Origin: Somniosus microcephalus
Lineage: Eukaryota
Length of the DNA stretch: 64,000 nucleotides
Direction: 5' to 3'
Assembly (NCBI GenBank): GCA_052327205.1
Contig: JBMRGM010000043.1
Span: 31,062,001 to 31,126,000 of the forward strand
The notes beneath the pieces are model-generated. The model made no database searches, was not told the DNA's origin, and saw only the letters and a list, made by a program, of their open reading frames with translations. Every line of letters starts with the position of its first letter. Position 1 is the first letter of the stretch. Positions 49,599 to 62,059 of the stretch are shown here, one piece after another. The translations under genes and the position numbers were made by a program.

Positions 49599-50288
49599 GT
49601 GAGTACAATTTAAGATAATTGTTTATCACTTTTAAAGAGAACAGGAAAATCATAGAGAACGAGTAACGCTGATTCAACAGATGATGCCAGGGAATGGAAA
49701 TTTTATTCAACAGGATAGACTTGAGCCACTGGGACTAACACGGGTTTGCCATGCCTAAGAGTTATTTCATCAGTGCTTAGTACATGCCAATTGCGAGATA
49801 GGGCGATTAGGGAAAGCTATTCCCTCTGTTTGCGAAGACAGGAAGGAGGATCAGTAAAGTATAATTATCACTAAAAGCGAGAGGGTAGCGCTTACGTGAA
49901 CATTTTATGTGTAGCTGACTGCTGGAAAGTAGAATTATTTGTCAGGTGGAACGGTGAAGTTAGATACCACTGCATTTAGGTAGAGTAATGTTTATGGTAT
50001 TGGAATAGTGCAGAGTTCCTGCTTTTCACTAGCAGAGTCAGGAGGAATAAGGACCAGGCCAACATAGTAGGGTGGCCATAAGTGGATTGCAGTAGGAATC
50101 ATTGTCGTTCCAGGATCAGGCTTTCCTCTATTAATTCCACCTACTGCTAAAGTAGGAGAGGGAGACGGGCGCCCAATATTGGTGTGGTAACCTATATGTC
50201 GAGCCTTCTTTATTATGATGAGAACCCTATTTCACTTTGAAAGTAATGCTACAAATTCTGCAAAAGCAATGTAATTAACAATTTGCAG

Positions 50289-50576
50289 GAACCCCAGTGT
50301 CAAAACCGGAACTGGCAATCAGCCCTGGTAAAGAGTTAATAGAAGGAGACACAGCGTCGTTAACCTGCTCAGTGTTCAACGGTTCTACCCCGATTACTTA
50401 CATTTTCTACAAAGACCCGGATAAAGAACTCTTCCGTGAGGAGTCCAACCTAACCGAAATTAATTACCAAATCAGTGAAATCAACCAAAGCACCCAAGGG
50501 GATTATAGTTGCGGTGTTTCAAACAAAGCGACAGGACGTCCTCTGCAAAGCGATGTTGTTACAGTTTCAGTGATAG
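50289..50576 (+). CDS. Gene 2 Ig exon F (membrane-proximal)
   Basis: tttgcag| acceptor, G|gtgagt donor, 288 nt. TPVSKPELAISP..LTCSV..GDYSCGVSN. Confidence 0.88.
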
Positions 50577-50974
50577 GTGAGTTATTATAAGTACCCCTGA
50601 GGCAGAACGAAACAAGTGGCTCAAAGTCAGATGAGCCCGGTAATCACTGCTTGTGCCATCAGCTTGGATGGTGTAACATTTTCTTTGACATTCCTCTATG
50701 TGAAGTGAGGCACTGCACCATTTACATTAAACAGGTGAATTACTAAAAAGAACTAGAATGTCATCTGATCGCATCAAGTATTGGTCTATAAACTGCAACA
50801 GTTATTTGTAGGTTTAAAAAGGCCGATCAGTATGTTTAATTGACAAATTGAGGGAAGTAATACGGATAATTTAAGGACTCAAAACTTAATGCCATAGGTA
50901 GTAGTTTCTGGGCTATATGTTTTAGACCACCATTTCTCGACAGTTGTTGCTAATATATTTGTATTCGTTTATGT

Positions 50975-51560
50975 GATGTGGGTATCTCTGGCAATGCCAG
51001 AATTTATTGCCTATCCCTAATTGCCCTTGAGAAGGTAGTGCTGAGCGGCCTTCTTGAACCGTTGCTGTCCGTGTGTTGACGGTACTCCCGTAGTGCTGTG
51101 AGGGAGGGAGTTCCAGGAATTTGACGCAGTGACGATGAAGGATCGGCGATAAACTTTTAAATCAGGATGGTAGATGATTTGTAAAGGATCTTACAGGTGC
51201 GGTGTCCCCATGCCTCTTCTGCTCTTGTCCTTCTAAATGGAAGAAGTATCGGGTTTGGGAGGTGCTGCCGAAGAAGTCTTGGCATGTTGCTGCAGTGCAT
51301 CTTGCAGATGGTGCACACTGCAGCCATGATACGCTGGTGGTGGAGGAAGTGAATTTGTTACTTGTTGGATGATGTGCCAATCAAGGAGGCTGCTTTGTAC
51401 TGGCTGGTGTCGAGCTTCTTGAGTGTTGTTGGAGCTGCACTTATCCAGGCAAGTGGAGAGTATTCCGTCACACGACTTACTTGTGCCTTGTAGATGGTTG
51501 AAAGGCTTTGGGGAGTCAGGAGGTGAGACACACGCCGCGGATTACCCAGCCTCTGCCCTA
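50975..51560 (-). mobile_element. LINE 3' portion (L2/CR1 superfamily)
   Basis: Longer copy of the element at 8095-8200. Confidence 0.75.
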
Positions 51561-52429
51561 TATCGATATCATGGTACCAGGTAGAAGTTTCATAAAACTT
51601 GATCTGATTTCATGAAATACTTTTCTTTCGACAACGCAAACAGTATATTGATTTCGTATGATTTATACGTCATAAAGGACACATCACACCTCAGGTGAAC
51701 ATTTATAAGTCTAGTTTCTGATTAAGAAATTGATCATAACTAGATGGAAATAGACCTGAAATAAACTAGCAGAATTTCCCACAAGCGCTTTAGAATTTGA
51801 AATTGATAAGGTCAAAAGCAGAGCCATGGTTATAAAGCGAGAGAGAGGGAGAGATTGGAAGGGGTGAGCAAAAAACTGGCTGCAAATATGGGTCTGGTAG
51901 GAAGTTTGAAGCAGGCTGTAGTAGAGATGTAAATGCGATTAATGAGATGGTTTAAGAGAGCAGAATCAAATTACTTTCACTAATGGTGTGACAAAGGAAG
52001 CGTATATGCCCAATCGGCCACAAATCAATTGACTAAACTGTGTAAAGACAGAGATAAAATTGGAGGAGATTTGTCAGAGATATAGTGAACAGGAGGACCA
52101 GGAGTTTAAGTTTATTACATTGGAGGACAGGGAGCTAGATGAAAACAATGGCGAGTAAGAATTTACGTGGGACAGGGACGTTTGGATTAGTTGGAATTAG
52201 TGGACAGCGGGGTCAGGAGCCCAGAAAGGAAGTCATTGTAATAATCGAGGCTAGAGCTTGCAAATCCACGGATCAGTGTTTCAGCGTGCAGGGGTTGAGG
52301 TGGGTAGAAAGGGAATCAATTTAGTGCAGATTAAAAAATAAAAATTAATTCTGCGTATGGTGCGAGGTTGAATTTGTTATGATTGGAACGGTTTTATATG
52401 ATTCATGGAATAATTTTGTTTGATTCCAG

Positions 52430-52531
52430 CACAAAGTCACACAACCGCGATCACAGCAGCCGTTCTTCCACTTTTTCTGATCGCTACCCTGATTGCACTG
52501 GTTTCCTTCAAATTTCGGAAAAAGAAACAAG
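52430..52531 (+). CDS. Gene 2 transmembrane exon, uncharged (AQSHTTAITAAVLPLFLIATLIALVSFKFRKKKQ)
   Basis: attccag| acceptor, G|gtgagc donor, 102 nt. Hydrophobic helix followed by a basic stop-transfer segment. Confidence 0.9.
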
Positions 52532-53058
52532 GTGAGCAGTGTCTTACGGGCAGCTGAGTGGCTTGACAGTTACGTGAGGGGATTCAATCCCCTCCATATT
52601 CAGATGCAGCATTCGAAATGTAACAGAATGATTTGAGAGGGAGACCAATAGTGTGGGCTGGAGAACGAAGACTTAATTACCAGGATAAGTTCGGATCATG
52701 AAGTCAGCTTACTGGTTTGAGGGTATTTTTCCACCTTCTTCCATTTTGAAAAGGTCTGCATCTTGGCGAGGGACAGACAAATAACTGGCAGGTGGTTAGT
52801 AAGAGAATGTGAAATCTGATAGCGGATGTCTAATGCCTGGTAACATCTTAAAGTTTCCCAGACGCTCTTTGTGCATTCGTCCTCTGTTTTAGTTAGTGAT
52901 TCATTTAAATGCACGTTTGCAACAGTTTCTGATTAATAATCAACGAAAAAGTTTACTGTTTGGAGATTACTTAAGGTAACTCAAGCCAGCTCTAGCCAGG
53001 AAGAGCGCAATATTTACTGCACAACTTGCTGAAATATGTCTCTTCCTATTTTATCCAG

Positions 53059-53089
53059 ACAATTCCTCAAGTGTTTCACAGCCGCAGGG
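53059..53089 (+). CDS. Gene 2 cytoplasmic mini-exon 1 (DNSSSVSQPQG)
   Basis: tatccag| acceptor, GG|gtaagt donor, 31 nt, phase 1-2. Confidence 0.82.
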
Positions 53090-53148
53090 GTAAGTCTGCA
53101 AAATATTTGTATTTGTCAGTCATAACTATATCCATGATTATACTGAAA

Positions 53149-53305
53149 GGGTGAAAATCGTCTTTGGCATGGTTGCAAATCAGGCGGTATTGCATCTACC
53201 ACCATTTATACGCCCCTGAATTGAACTGAATATTGGATGGACATTGATGGGCGGTAGGGGCACTTCAGTCAGTTATTCCTCCACGCCCAATTCGAATTTC
53301 TCCCC
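53149..53305. mobile_element. Short palindromic MITE-like element
   Basis: Inverted ends gggtgaaaatcg / cgaatttctcccc. Empty site at the paralogous gene 1 position (near 9775). Similar elements at 42620-42753, 48685-48818 and 10118-10284. Confidence 0.6.
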
Positions 53306-53429
53306 GTAGTATCTGATATAGCTCCGCTGGAGACAGTTACAATTTTTAAGAGCTAAATATTACCTTATTTTTGTTTTTGCTTTTTAGTTTATCAACAGGC
53401 CAGTCAGCCTAACATAGTTATTTGAAACC

Positions 53430-55015
53430 ATTATTACGGAAAAAATAAACTTTTATTTGGAAATCACGGTTTAATCAAGGAGATCCAACATGGATTTGTT
53501 GAAGGCAAATCGTGTCTGACAAACTCGATTGAATTCTTTGATGAGGTAACAGAAACTTTTGATCAAGGTAGTGTAGTAAATGTTGTGTATATATAGACTT
53601 TCGGAAGGCAGTCGACCGAGGCTTGTTAAAAAATATGTAAACTCATGGGATTAAGGGAACGTGGCGGTATGGATAGGGAATTGGCTCGGTGACAGGATGC
53701 AGAGTGTGGTGGTGGATGGATGTTTCTCAGACTGGGAGGTGGTTTTGCAGTTCTGTTCCCCAAGGGTCAGTTTGGGGTCCATAACTCTTTGCAATTGCAA
53801 TGAGCGACCGAGATTAAGGTGTAGGGGGCAACATTGTAAACTTGCAGATGACACATAACTTGGCCAGGTAGTAGATAGTGATGAGGATACTTGTAGTCTT
53901 CAGGGTAACATAGACAGGAATGGTTAAATGGGCAGAAGCATGGCAGTTGGAGTTCAACCCTGAGAACTGCGAAGTGATGTACTTCTGGAGAACTAATCTG
54001 GAAAGACAATATACAATAAAGGATTCGATTTTGAAAATGGTGGATGAGCAGAGATGACTTGATGTGCTTATAAACAAATTCTTAAATATGGCAGGACAAG
54101 TTGCTAAGTTGGTTAAAGCAGCATAGGGAACACTTGTATTTTTTAAATATCGGCTTAGAATATAAAAGCAAAGAGAACATGCTAGAACTTTTGAAATCAG
54201 TAGTTAGACCTCAGCTGGCCAATTCTAGGCAGCAACTTGCCAAGGCTCCTTCGACAGCACCTCCGAAACCCGCTATCTCTTCCACCTAGAAGGACAAGGC
54301 GCATCAGAACACCACCTCCGAGTTCCCCTCCAAGTCAAACACCATTCTGCCTTAGAAGTATATCGCCGCTCCTTAATCGTCGCTTGGGCCAATGTCCTGG
54401 AACTCCCTCCCTAACAGCACTGTGGGAGTACCTTCACCGCACGGACTGCAGCGGTTCAAGAAGGCGGCTAACCACCACCTTCTCAAGGGCAATTAGCGAT
54501 GGGGAGTATATGCTGGCGTTGTCAGCGACGCCCACATCCCAAATACAAATAAAATCACACTACAGGAAACATGCAAGAGGCAAAGAAAGCATACAGAGGA
54601 TGTTTACAGGATATTACCAGGGATGAGGGACTTTATTTACGAGGAGTGGTTGGAAAATTAGGAGGTGGAAGAGAGAAGGTTAAGGGGTGAGTCAATAGTG
54701 ATTTTCAAGAGGACGAGAGGTTTTGTTAGAGTAGATAGAGAAACAATATTCCCTCTTGATCAATAACTAGAGTTCATAGATTTAACATCATTGTAAAAAG
54801 ATCTTGAGGGGAGATGTGGAGAACTATTTTTCATTCAGAGAGTTGTCGGTATCTAGAACACTCCAACTGAAAATTTGGTGGAAGCGATTTCCATCAATAA
54901 CTTTAGCAGTTAATTGGACGGATCTTTGAGGATGAGGACCTTACAGGGCTGCAGACAAAAGCCAGGGATATGGGACTAAGCAAGATTGCTCCTTCACGGA
55001 GTTCGATGTTCTCTG
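53430..55015 (+). mobile_element. Degraded CR1 RT region with nested LINE 3' fragment (54230-54550)
   Basis: QHGF..KSCLTNSIEFFDEVT and KLADDT remnants. The insert matches the 8095/50975 family. Confidence 0.8.
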
Positions 55016-55120
55016 TAGCTACTGCTGAATGTTTCTATGATGCTGTAACATTTCGTTGAAAGTGAACTTTGAGTTGTTGATGCATGAATCCTTAATATCT
55101 AAGAATATTTTCGTGCAAAG

Positions 55121-55212
55121 GGTGACAACTGAAAATAGATCTGTACCTCCGAGTGAAGAAACATCTGCGAGCAATTTCGAGTATGCAGTTGGGGGATCAG
55201 CCCCAAATACTG
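55121..55212 (+). CDS. Gene 2 cytoplasmic exon 2 (VTTENRSVPPSEETSASNFEYAVGGSAPNT)
   Basis: gcaaag| acceptor, G|gtaagc donor, 92 nt, phase 2-1. Tyr at 55182-55184 in a non-canonical FEYAVG motif. Confidence 0.78.
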
Positions 55213-56193
55213 GTAAGCATGAACTGACACTTGAAAAATATGGTAGATTGTTCACGGTAACATTTGTTCTGCTGGTAACCCACTGTCACATCAGTGGAAG
55301 TTCAGTGAAAACTTTAGGGAGACGGCCGTTTCACATGACTTGCACCAATATTCCGCCGACATTGCGATGGGACATGGTGGAAATCGACCATGGACATTGG
55401 AGATCTTCATCTGCAAGCATTCAGCATACTCTAGTTAGATTTATAACTTACTGCCTGGACAGGTAGCATCGCATGGGTTGAGCATACGAAGGGAAATAGT
55501 TTGGGGTCGTTGGCACGGTCCATTTGAACCATGTTGATAGAAAGAAATGCAGGTGGTTCAGTAAAGGATGTGCCTGTTGCCCCAGCAGACTGAGCTGTCT
55601 GCGCTCTTTGCAGATGATGCTAACTGCTCCGACGCCAAGACAAAAAGCTACCCCTTATTCCCTTTTCCTTTTGAATTAATTATTTCCTCTACTTCTCATT
55701 CTTCTTTTTCTGAAGTTAGTGGGTCCCAATCGGCCGGGATTGATAGGAAGGCATCTGGGTGCTAGTCCATATGTGTTAATCTCAGAAACTGATAATCAGA
55801 CATAATGAGCAATATCTTGAGTACTCAATTGACATTGGGACCTGTCTCCTCACAACCACTACAAATCAAATTTCCAAGCAAAGAATGATGGAACTGGACC
55901 TCTCACCGCTATCTGGGTGAAAGGAATGGAGAGAATGAGAGAATGTGCTGCTCACCGCCACCCTGTTTATAAGCAAGTGACTCAGCCCAGCCCCATGGCT
56001 TGGGACCAAGACACTTCATGACTTTGCTCACGGGACTTTGGATCAGCTTGTATTGATCAGGGTAAATAGTTGCTAGCTTTTAAAACCAGTGAACACAGCT
56101 GTAAATTTCCAATCATGAATTGTAGGATGGGTCTGGTATCTAAGTGCTTCCTTGATTATCATTGATCGCAGTTTCCTCTTTCTCTCTCTACAG

Positions 56194-56250
56194 CTTCTAG
56201 TTCTGATCAGGTAACCTACAGTTTAGTAGAAGGCACGAAGCCCATGGAAG
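56194..56250 (+). CDS. Gene 2 cytoplasmic exon 3 with ITIM VTYSLV
   Basis: Long polypyrimidine tract + cag| acceptor, G|gtaagg donor, 57 nt. ASSSDQVTYSLVEGTKPME. Confidence 0.85.
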
Positions 56251-56999
56251 GTAAGGAATCGCTGTGTTACTTTGCTAGAGGGCTTGTTAACTACTGTAAG
56301 TGTAGCGTCTGTCTTCAGTTTGTGAGACGTCATCTGGGAAGAGCCTGAATCGATTGATGCATTATAGGACTGACACCACAGTACCAGTATTTGTAAAAGA
56401 AAAAATCACTATAGGCTCTTTGTAAGTTCCATCTCTCGGGATTAGTATCCTTAGAACCTGCACACAAACTCCCCTGTTCTGGTTTTTTGATAACATCATA
56501 ACTGGCCGGACTATTAATGTTGCCATAAACTGCAATGACGATAACAAATGCTTAATATAAGTCGATCGATACATTTGAAGGCAAATAATGTGTACTTTTG
56601 GTGGCAAACATCATCCATTCTTGGACATTTAAATCAATGCTATTCAATTAATGGTTATATATCATCCTTATTAAACTGATGGAAAAGACATGATCTATTC
56701 CCATGCACTATATTCATATTATGGATACTAATACGGTTGTCTCAATTCATTATCGCTATCAATTAATTTATATCAAGCAATCAATCAGTCTACCTTTGTA
56801 AATGGCTATCCATTTATCCATCAATATGTTTCTATCTATGTATCTATCTATCTTTATATCTATTTTCCAAATATCTATATCTTTCTATCTATCTCCCCGT
56901 GTCTTCCTCCCTATTTCTCTATATATATCTATCGTCTCTCTATCATCTATATATTAATCCCTCGATTTTGACTTGTTTTCTCTTTTTGTTTCTGTTTAG

Positions 57000-57065
57000 A
57001 TATTACCGGAAATGCTGCCAATTTAGTGTATTCGGAGGTCACTATCAGAAAGTCACGAGACTGTG
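57000..57065 (+). CDS. Gene 2 cytoplasmic exon 4 with ITIM LVYSEV
   Basis: tctgtttag| acceptor, G|gtaaat donor, 66 nt. DITGNAANLVYSEVTIRKSRDC. Confidence 0.85.
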
Positions 57066-57139
57066 GTAAATTCTGTGAATTGTTCGCTGCTGTTGCTAAG
57101 GGAGATGATAATTACAGTTCTAGATAATGTTGGGATATT

Positions 57140-60100
57140 CCTGTGCTTGGTATAGTGGGAATGAGGCACATGGACTGTAAACTAAATAGTGGGGGTTGGG
57201 AATCAGGTGAAGGGGAACTTCGAAAGTCAAAGAGAAGGTAGAAGGTAATAGTGCAAGGTAGCGATAGGGTTAATGATAACTAGAGAGTGACAGGAGGAGA
57301 TAGAGCATACAAACATAAACGTGCAACTACACATAGATTCAGAGTCGGTAAAAATGGTATAAAATAAATAAAAGTTATTTATCTGAATGCACACAGCATT
57401 CGTAACAAGATAGATGAGTTGGCGGCATGAAGAGAAATAAATGTGTGTGATCTGAAAGCCATTACAGAGACGGGGTTGCAAGGTGACCAAGGCTGTGAAC
57501 TGAATATTCAGGGGTATTTGACATTTCGGAAGAATAGGCAGAAAGCAAAAGGAGTTGGGTAGCTCTTTTAATAAAGGATGATATCAGTGCAGTGACGAGA
57601 AATGATATTGCCTCAGGAAATCAAGATGTAGATATAGTTTAAACGGAGAGAAGAAATAATAAGTGAAATAAGTCACTAGAGGGAGCAATCTATAGGCCTC
57701 GTAAAAGTACCTACACTGTAGGACAGAGTATAAATCTTGAAATAATATTGGCTTGTAAGAAATATACTGTGATAATCATGGGCAATTTTAATCTTTATAT
57801 AGATTGAACAAATCGAATTGACAAGGTTAGCCTTGAGGACGAGTTCATAGAATGGATTCAGGATGTTTTGCTAGAACAATACGCTGTGGAATCAACCAGG
57901 GAGAAGTCTATTTTAGACCTGGCAATATGTAATGAGGCAGGATTAATTCATGATCTCATGGTAAAGGATTCTCTAGGGAACAGTGATCATAGCATGATGA
58001 ATTTCTAATTCAGTTTGAGGGTGAGAAACTTGGGTCTGAAACTAGTGTCCTAAACTTAAATAAAGGCAGTTACAAAGGTATGAAGGCAGAGTTGGCTAAC
58101 GTAGACTGGGAAAATAGATTAATGAGTAAGACGGTAGAAAATCAGTGACAGGTATTTAAGGATATTTTTCGTAACTCTCAGCAAAGATTTATTCCAGCGT
58201 CAAAGGCAGACTCTACGAGAAGGATGAACATCTGTGGCTAACTAAAGAAGTTAAAGACGGTATCAAATTGAAAGAAAAGGCAGATAATGTTGCAAAAATT
58301 AGTGGTAGGTCAGAGGATTGGGAGATTTTTGGAATTCGGCACAGGATGAATAAAAAACTAATAAAGAGGAAGAAATAGATTATGAAAGGAAACTAGCACA
58401 AAATATAAAGAAACAGACAGTAAGAGCTTCTACATGTATATAAATGGGAAGAGAATAGCTAAAGTAAACGTTGGTCACTTAGAGGATGGGACTGGGGAAT
58501 TAATAATGGGAAACAGGGAAATGGCAGAGACTTTGAATACACTAAAAGCATCACAATAATAATTGGTAATCAAGGGCTATGTTCACAATATATATCAGTA
58601 ATTTAGGTGAGGGTACCAAATGTAATATTTCCAAGTTTTCTGACGTCACGAAACCAGGTGGGATTGTGAGTTGTGAGGAGGATGCAAAGAGGCTTCAAGG
58701 TGATTTGGAGAAGTTGAGTGAATGGGCAAATACATGGCAGATGCAGTATAACGTGGATAAATGTGAAGTTATCCATTTCGGTACAAAAAACAGAACGGCT
58801 GAATATTATTTAAATGTTGATAGATTGGGAAATGCTGAATTACAGAAGGACCTGGCCGTCCCTGTACACCAGTCACTGAAAGCAAACATGGAGGTGCAGC
58901 AAGCAGTTAGGATGGCAAATTATATGTTGGCCTCCATTGCAAGATGACTTAAGTAGAGGGAAAATGAAACCTTACTACATTATACGTGGCCTTGGTGAGA
59001 CCTTGTGCATTTTTGGTCTCCTCACCTAAGAAAGGATAAACTTGCCACAGAGGGAGTGCAGCGAATGTTCACCAGTCTGATTCCTGGGAAGGCAGGACTG
59101 TCGGATGAGCAGAGATTTGGTCGACTAGGCCTGTATTCACTAGAGTTTAGAAGAATGAGAGGGGATCTCATTGAAACGTATAAAATTCTGACAGTGCTAG
59201 ACAGACGGGATGCAGGGAGGATGTTTCCCTGGCTGGGCGGGTGGGGTCTAGAACGATGGGTCACAGTCTCAGGATGCGGGGTAGGACATTTAGGACTGAG
59301 ATGAGGAGAAATTTCTTCACTCAGAGGGTGGTGAACCTATGTAATTCTCTACCACAGATGGCTGTCGAGGCCAAATAACTGAATATATTTTTAGAAGGAG
59401 ATAGCTAGATTTCCAGACACAAAAGGCATCAAGGGGTATGAGTAGAGAGCGCGAATATGATATTGAAATAGATAATCAGCCATGATCACATTGAATGGCG
59501 AGCAGGCTCAAAGGGATGAATGGCCTACTCCTGCTACTAATTTTCAATTCACTATGTTTTCTAAATCAATGACTATCACTAGAGAAGAACTGCGAGGCAA
59601 ATTAATGAGACTAAAGACTGACAATTGCCCTGGACCTGATGGCCTACTTTCAAGGGTCTTAAAAGAAGAGGCTCCAGAGATACTGGATGCGTTGTTTGTA
59701 ATCGACCAAAATTCCATGGATTCTGGCGAGCTCCCAGTGCCTTGGAGAACCGCAAATGTAGCACTTCTATTAAAGAAAGGAGGGAGGCAAAAAGCAGGAA
59801 ACTATAGGCCAGTTAGCCTAACATCTGTCATTGGGAAAATGCGGGAATCCATTATTAAGGAAGTCATAGCAGGACATTTAGAAAATCCTAATGCAAACAA
59901 GCAGAGTGAACATGGTTTTATGGAAGGGAAATTGTGCTTGACAAATTTACCAGAGTTCTTTGAGGATGTAACGAGCAGGGTGGATAAAGGGGAACCATTA
60001 GATGTGGTGTATTTGAATTTCCAGAAGGCATTCGATAAGGTGCCACATAAAAGGTTACTGCACAAGATAAGAGCTCATGGGGTTGGGAGTAATATATTAG

Positions 60101-61150
60101 CATGGATAGTGGATAGGATAACTAACAGAAAAATGAAAAGCCGGGATAAATGGGTCATTTTCCAGTTGGCAAACTTTAACTAGTGGGGTGCCACAAGAAT
60201 CAGTGCTGGGGCCTCAACTATTTACACTCTATAGTAATGACCGGGCCAAATTTGCTGATGATACAAAGATAGGTGGGAAACAAATTGTGAGGAGTACACA
60301 ATTAGTTTGCAAATATAGATATGTTAAGTAAGTGGGCAAAAATATCGCAGATGAAGATTAATGTGGGAAAATGTGAGATTATCAACTTTGGTAAGAAAAT
60401 TAAAACAACAAATTATTATTTAAATGGAGGGAGACTATTTAATCCTGCCATACAGAGGGATCTGGGTGTCCTCGTATTTGAAACACAAAAGGTTAGCATT
60501 CAGGTACAGAAAGTAATTAGGAAGGCAAATGGAATGTTGTCCTTTATTGCCAGGGGGTGGAGCATTAAAGTAGGGAAATCTTGCTACAATTGGAGTACTG
60601 CATGCAGTTTTGGTCTCCTTATTTCAGGCGGGATATACCTGCATTGGAGATAGTTCAGAGAGGGTTCACTAGGCTAATTCCTGAGATGAAGCGATTGTCT
60701 TCTGAAGAAACGTTGAGCAGGATGGGCCCATACACATTGGAGTTTAGAAGAATGAGAGGTGATCCTATTGAAACATATAAGATTCTGAGGGAGCCTGACA
60801 GGGTAGATTTAGGGAGGATGTTTCCCCTCGTGGGGTAATCTAGAAGTAGGGGGCACAGTCTCAGGATAAGGGATCGCCCATTTAAAATGGCGATGAGGAG
60901 TAATTTCTTCTCTGAGGTTCGTGAATCTTTGGAATTCTCTACCCCAGTGAGCTGTGGAGGCGGAGTCATTGATTGTATTCAAGGCGGAGATAGACATATA
61001 TGTGAGCTACAGGGGAGCGAAGGGTTTTGAGGAGCGGATGGGAAAGTGGCGTTGAGGGCAATATCAGATGAGAAATGATCTTATTGAATGGTGGTGCTGG
61101 TTCGAGGGACCGAATGGCCTACTCTTGCTCCTATTGCTTATGTTTCTTAT
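57140..61150 (+). mobile_element. Degenerate near-full-length CR1 ORF2 (outer element, 57140-58577 + 59563-61150)
   Basis: Endonuclease start (YLNAHSIRNKIDEL) at 57380. RT motifs in ORF 59482 (PGPDG..NYRPVSLTS..YLNFQKAFDKVPH). C-terminal ORFs 60321 and 60581, tail at 61140. Confidence 0.92.
58578..59562 (+). mobile_element. Inner 5'-truncated CR1 nested in the outer CR1
   Basis: ORFs 58579 and 59005 are RT C-terminus with their own 3' tail. The outer element resumes at 59563 about where it broke off. Confidence 0.85.
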
Positions 61151-61438
61151 GAAATATCACGTAGATGTTATTAGCACATGTAATTTTTACCTTACTCAGC
61201 CTGGCCGAAAATGGACAGGGTCTGGTGAAATGCGGTTCTCAATCGCACCCATTTTTACCCTCCTACTACAATGGAGAGAAAATCCACTGGGGATAAACCC
61301 AGAAATTGTCCCGATCCCTTCAGTTTACCGGCAGGGTAGGTGAGATTAAAATGACCCCGGATTAGGCTGGATTTATCTAATTCTGTTCATCAACTTCCCC
61401 AGATTGTTTCATTTATAATGCGTCTCCTTTATTTACAG

Positions 61439-61470
61439 GTAATGATGGTGGCGCCTCAGGAAGGAAACAG
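61439..61470 (+). CDS. Gene 2 cytoplasmic mini-exon 5 (GNDGGASGRKQ)
   Basis: tttatttacag| acceptor, CAG|gtaagt consensus donor, 32 nt, phase 1-0. Continues the frame of exon 4. Confidence 0.65.
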
Positions 61471-62059
61471 GTAAGTTATCTTTATAGGGGAAAGATGCTG
61501 CTGATAAATACCACGACCAATGCGGGTACATTTCTAACTTACCTTCGCAAAGTAAAGTGTCAGCCATCAGTTATAGCAATGGCCCGATTGATACACACAC
61601 CCTTATTGAAAAGATAGTCGTTTGGACTGTGAACCGAGCAGCACATTCGCTGTCACCCGTTATGGTCCCACACTGCCCAAAAGCAATTTTAAACCTGATG
61701 TCTATTATTCTCTATCATTGGGGCAGATATTCTGCTTGCTTCTTGGGCTTAATAGAGGCAATCAGGATCTTTCACGCAGAATAGAAAACGCACACATTTA
61801 ATTTGCATTGATTTGAATTAAAAGTAGAATCCGGCGGTTCCGATCACTGCAAGTTTTAAGCCTTGACCCAATTTCTAATATCCACATCATTCTGTCTGCA
61901 AAGGTCATCACTAAACTGAATATATTGTCTCCACCCCACTCAAGTAGCCAGTGAATAGTAATTTAATTCCCGACGATTATTTTAAAAATTCAGTTACCAG
62001 TTGTTTACAAAATGGTAAAGACAATTGTAGATTCATTCCCCCGAAAGTTCATTGCAATC

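Larger units (their letters stand above)
32149..61470 (+). other. Gene 2: FCRL-like Ig-superfamily receptor, ITIM-bearing inhibitory type (3' end probably beyond window)
   Basis: Phase-consistent chain S1, S2, A, B, D, C, E, D', C', E', F, TM and five cytoplasmic exons with two ITIMs. D' and E' carry in-frame stops. Confidence 0.85.

Noticed and set aside
1539-50576. Rearranging Ig/TCR locus (V segments with RSS)
   Set aside because: The domains are C2-type exons flanked by splice sites. The CACAGTG heptamers I checked (e.g. near 4293, 10423, 47120) have no properly spaced nonamer.
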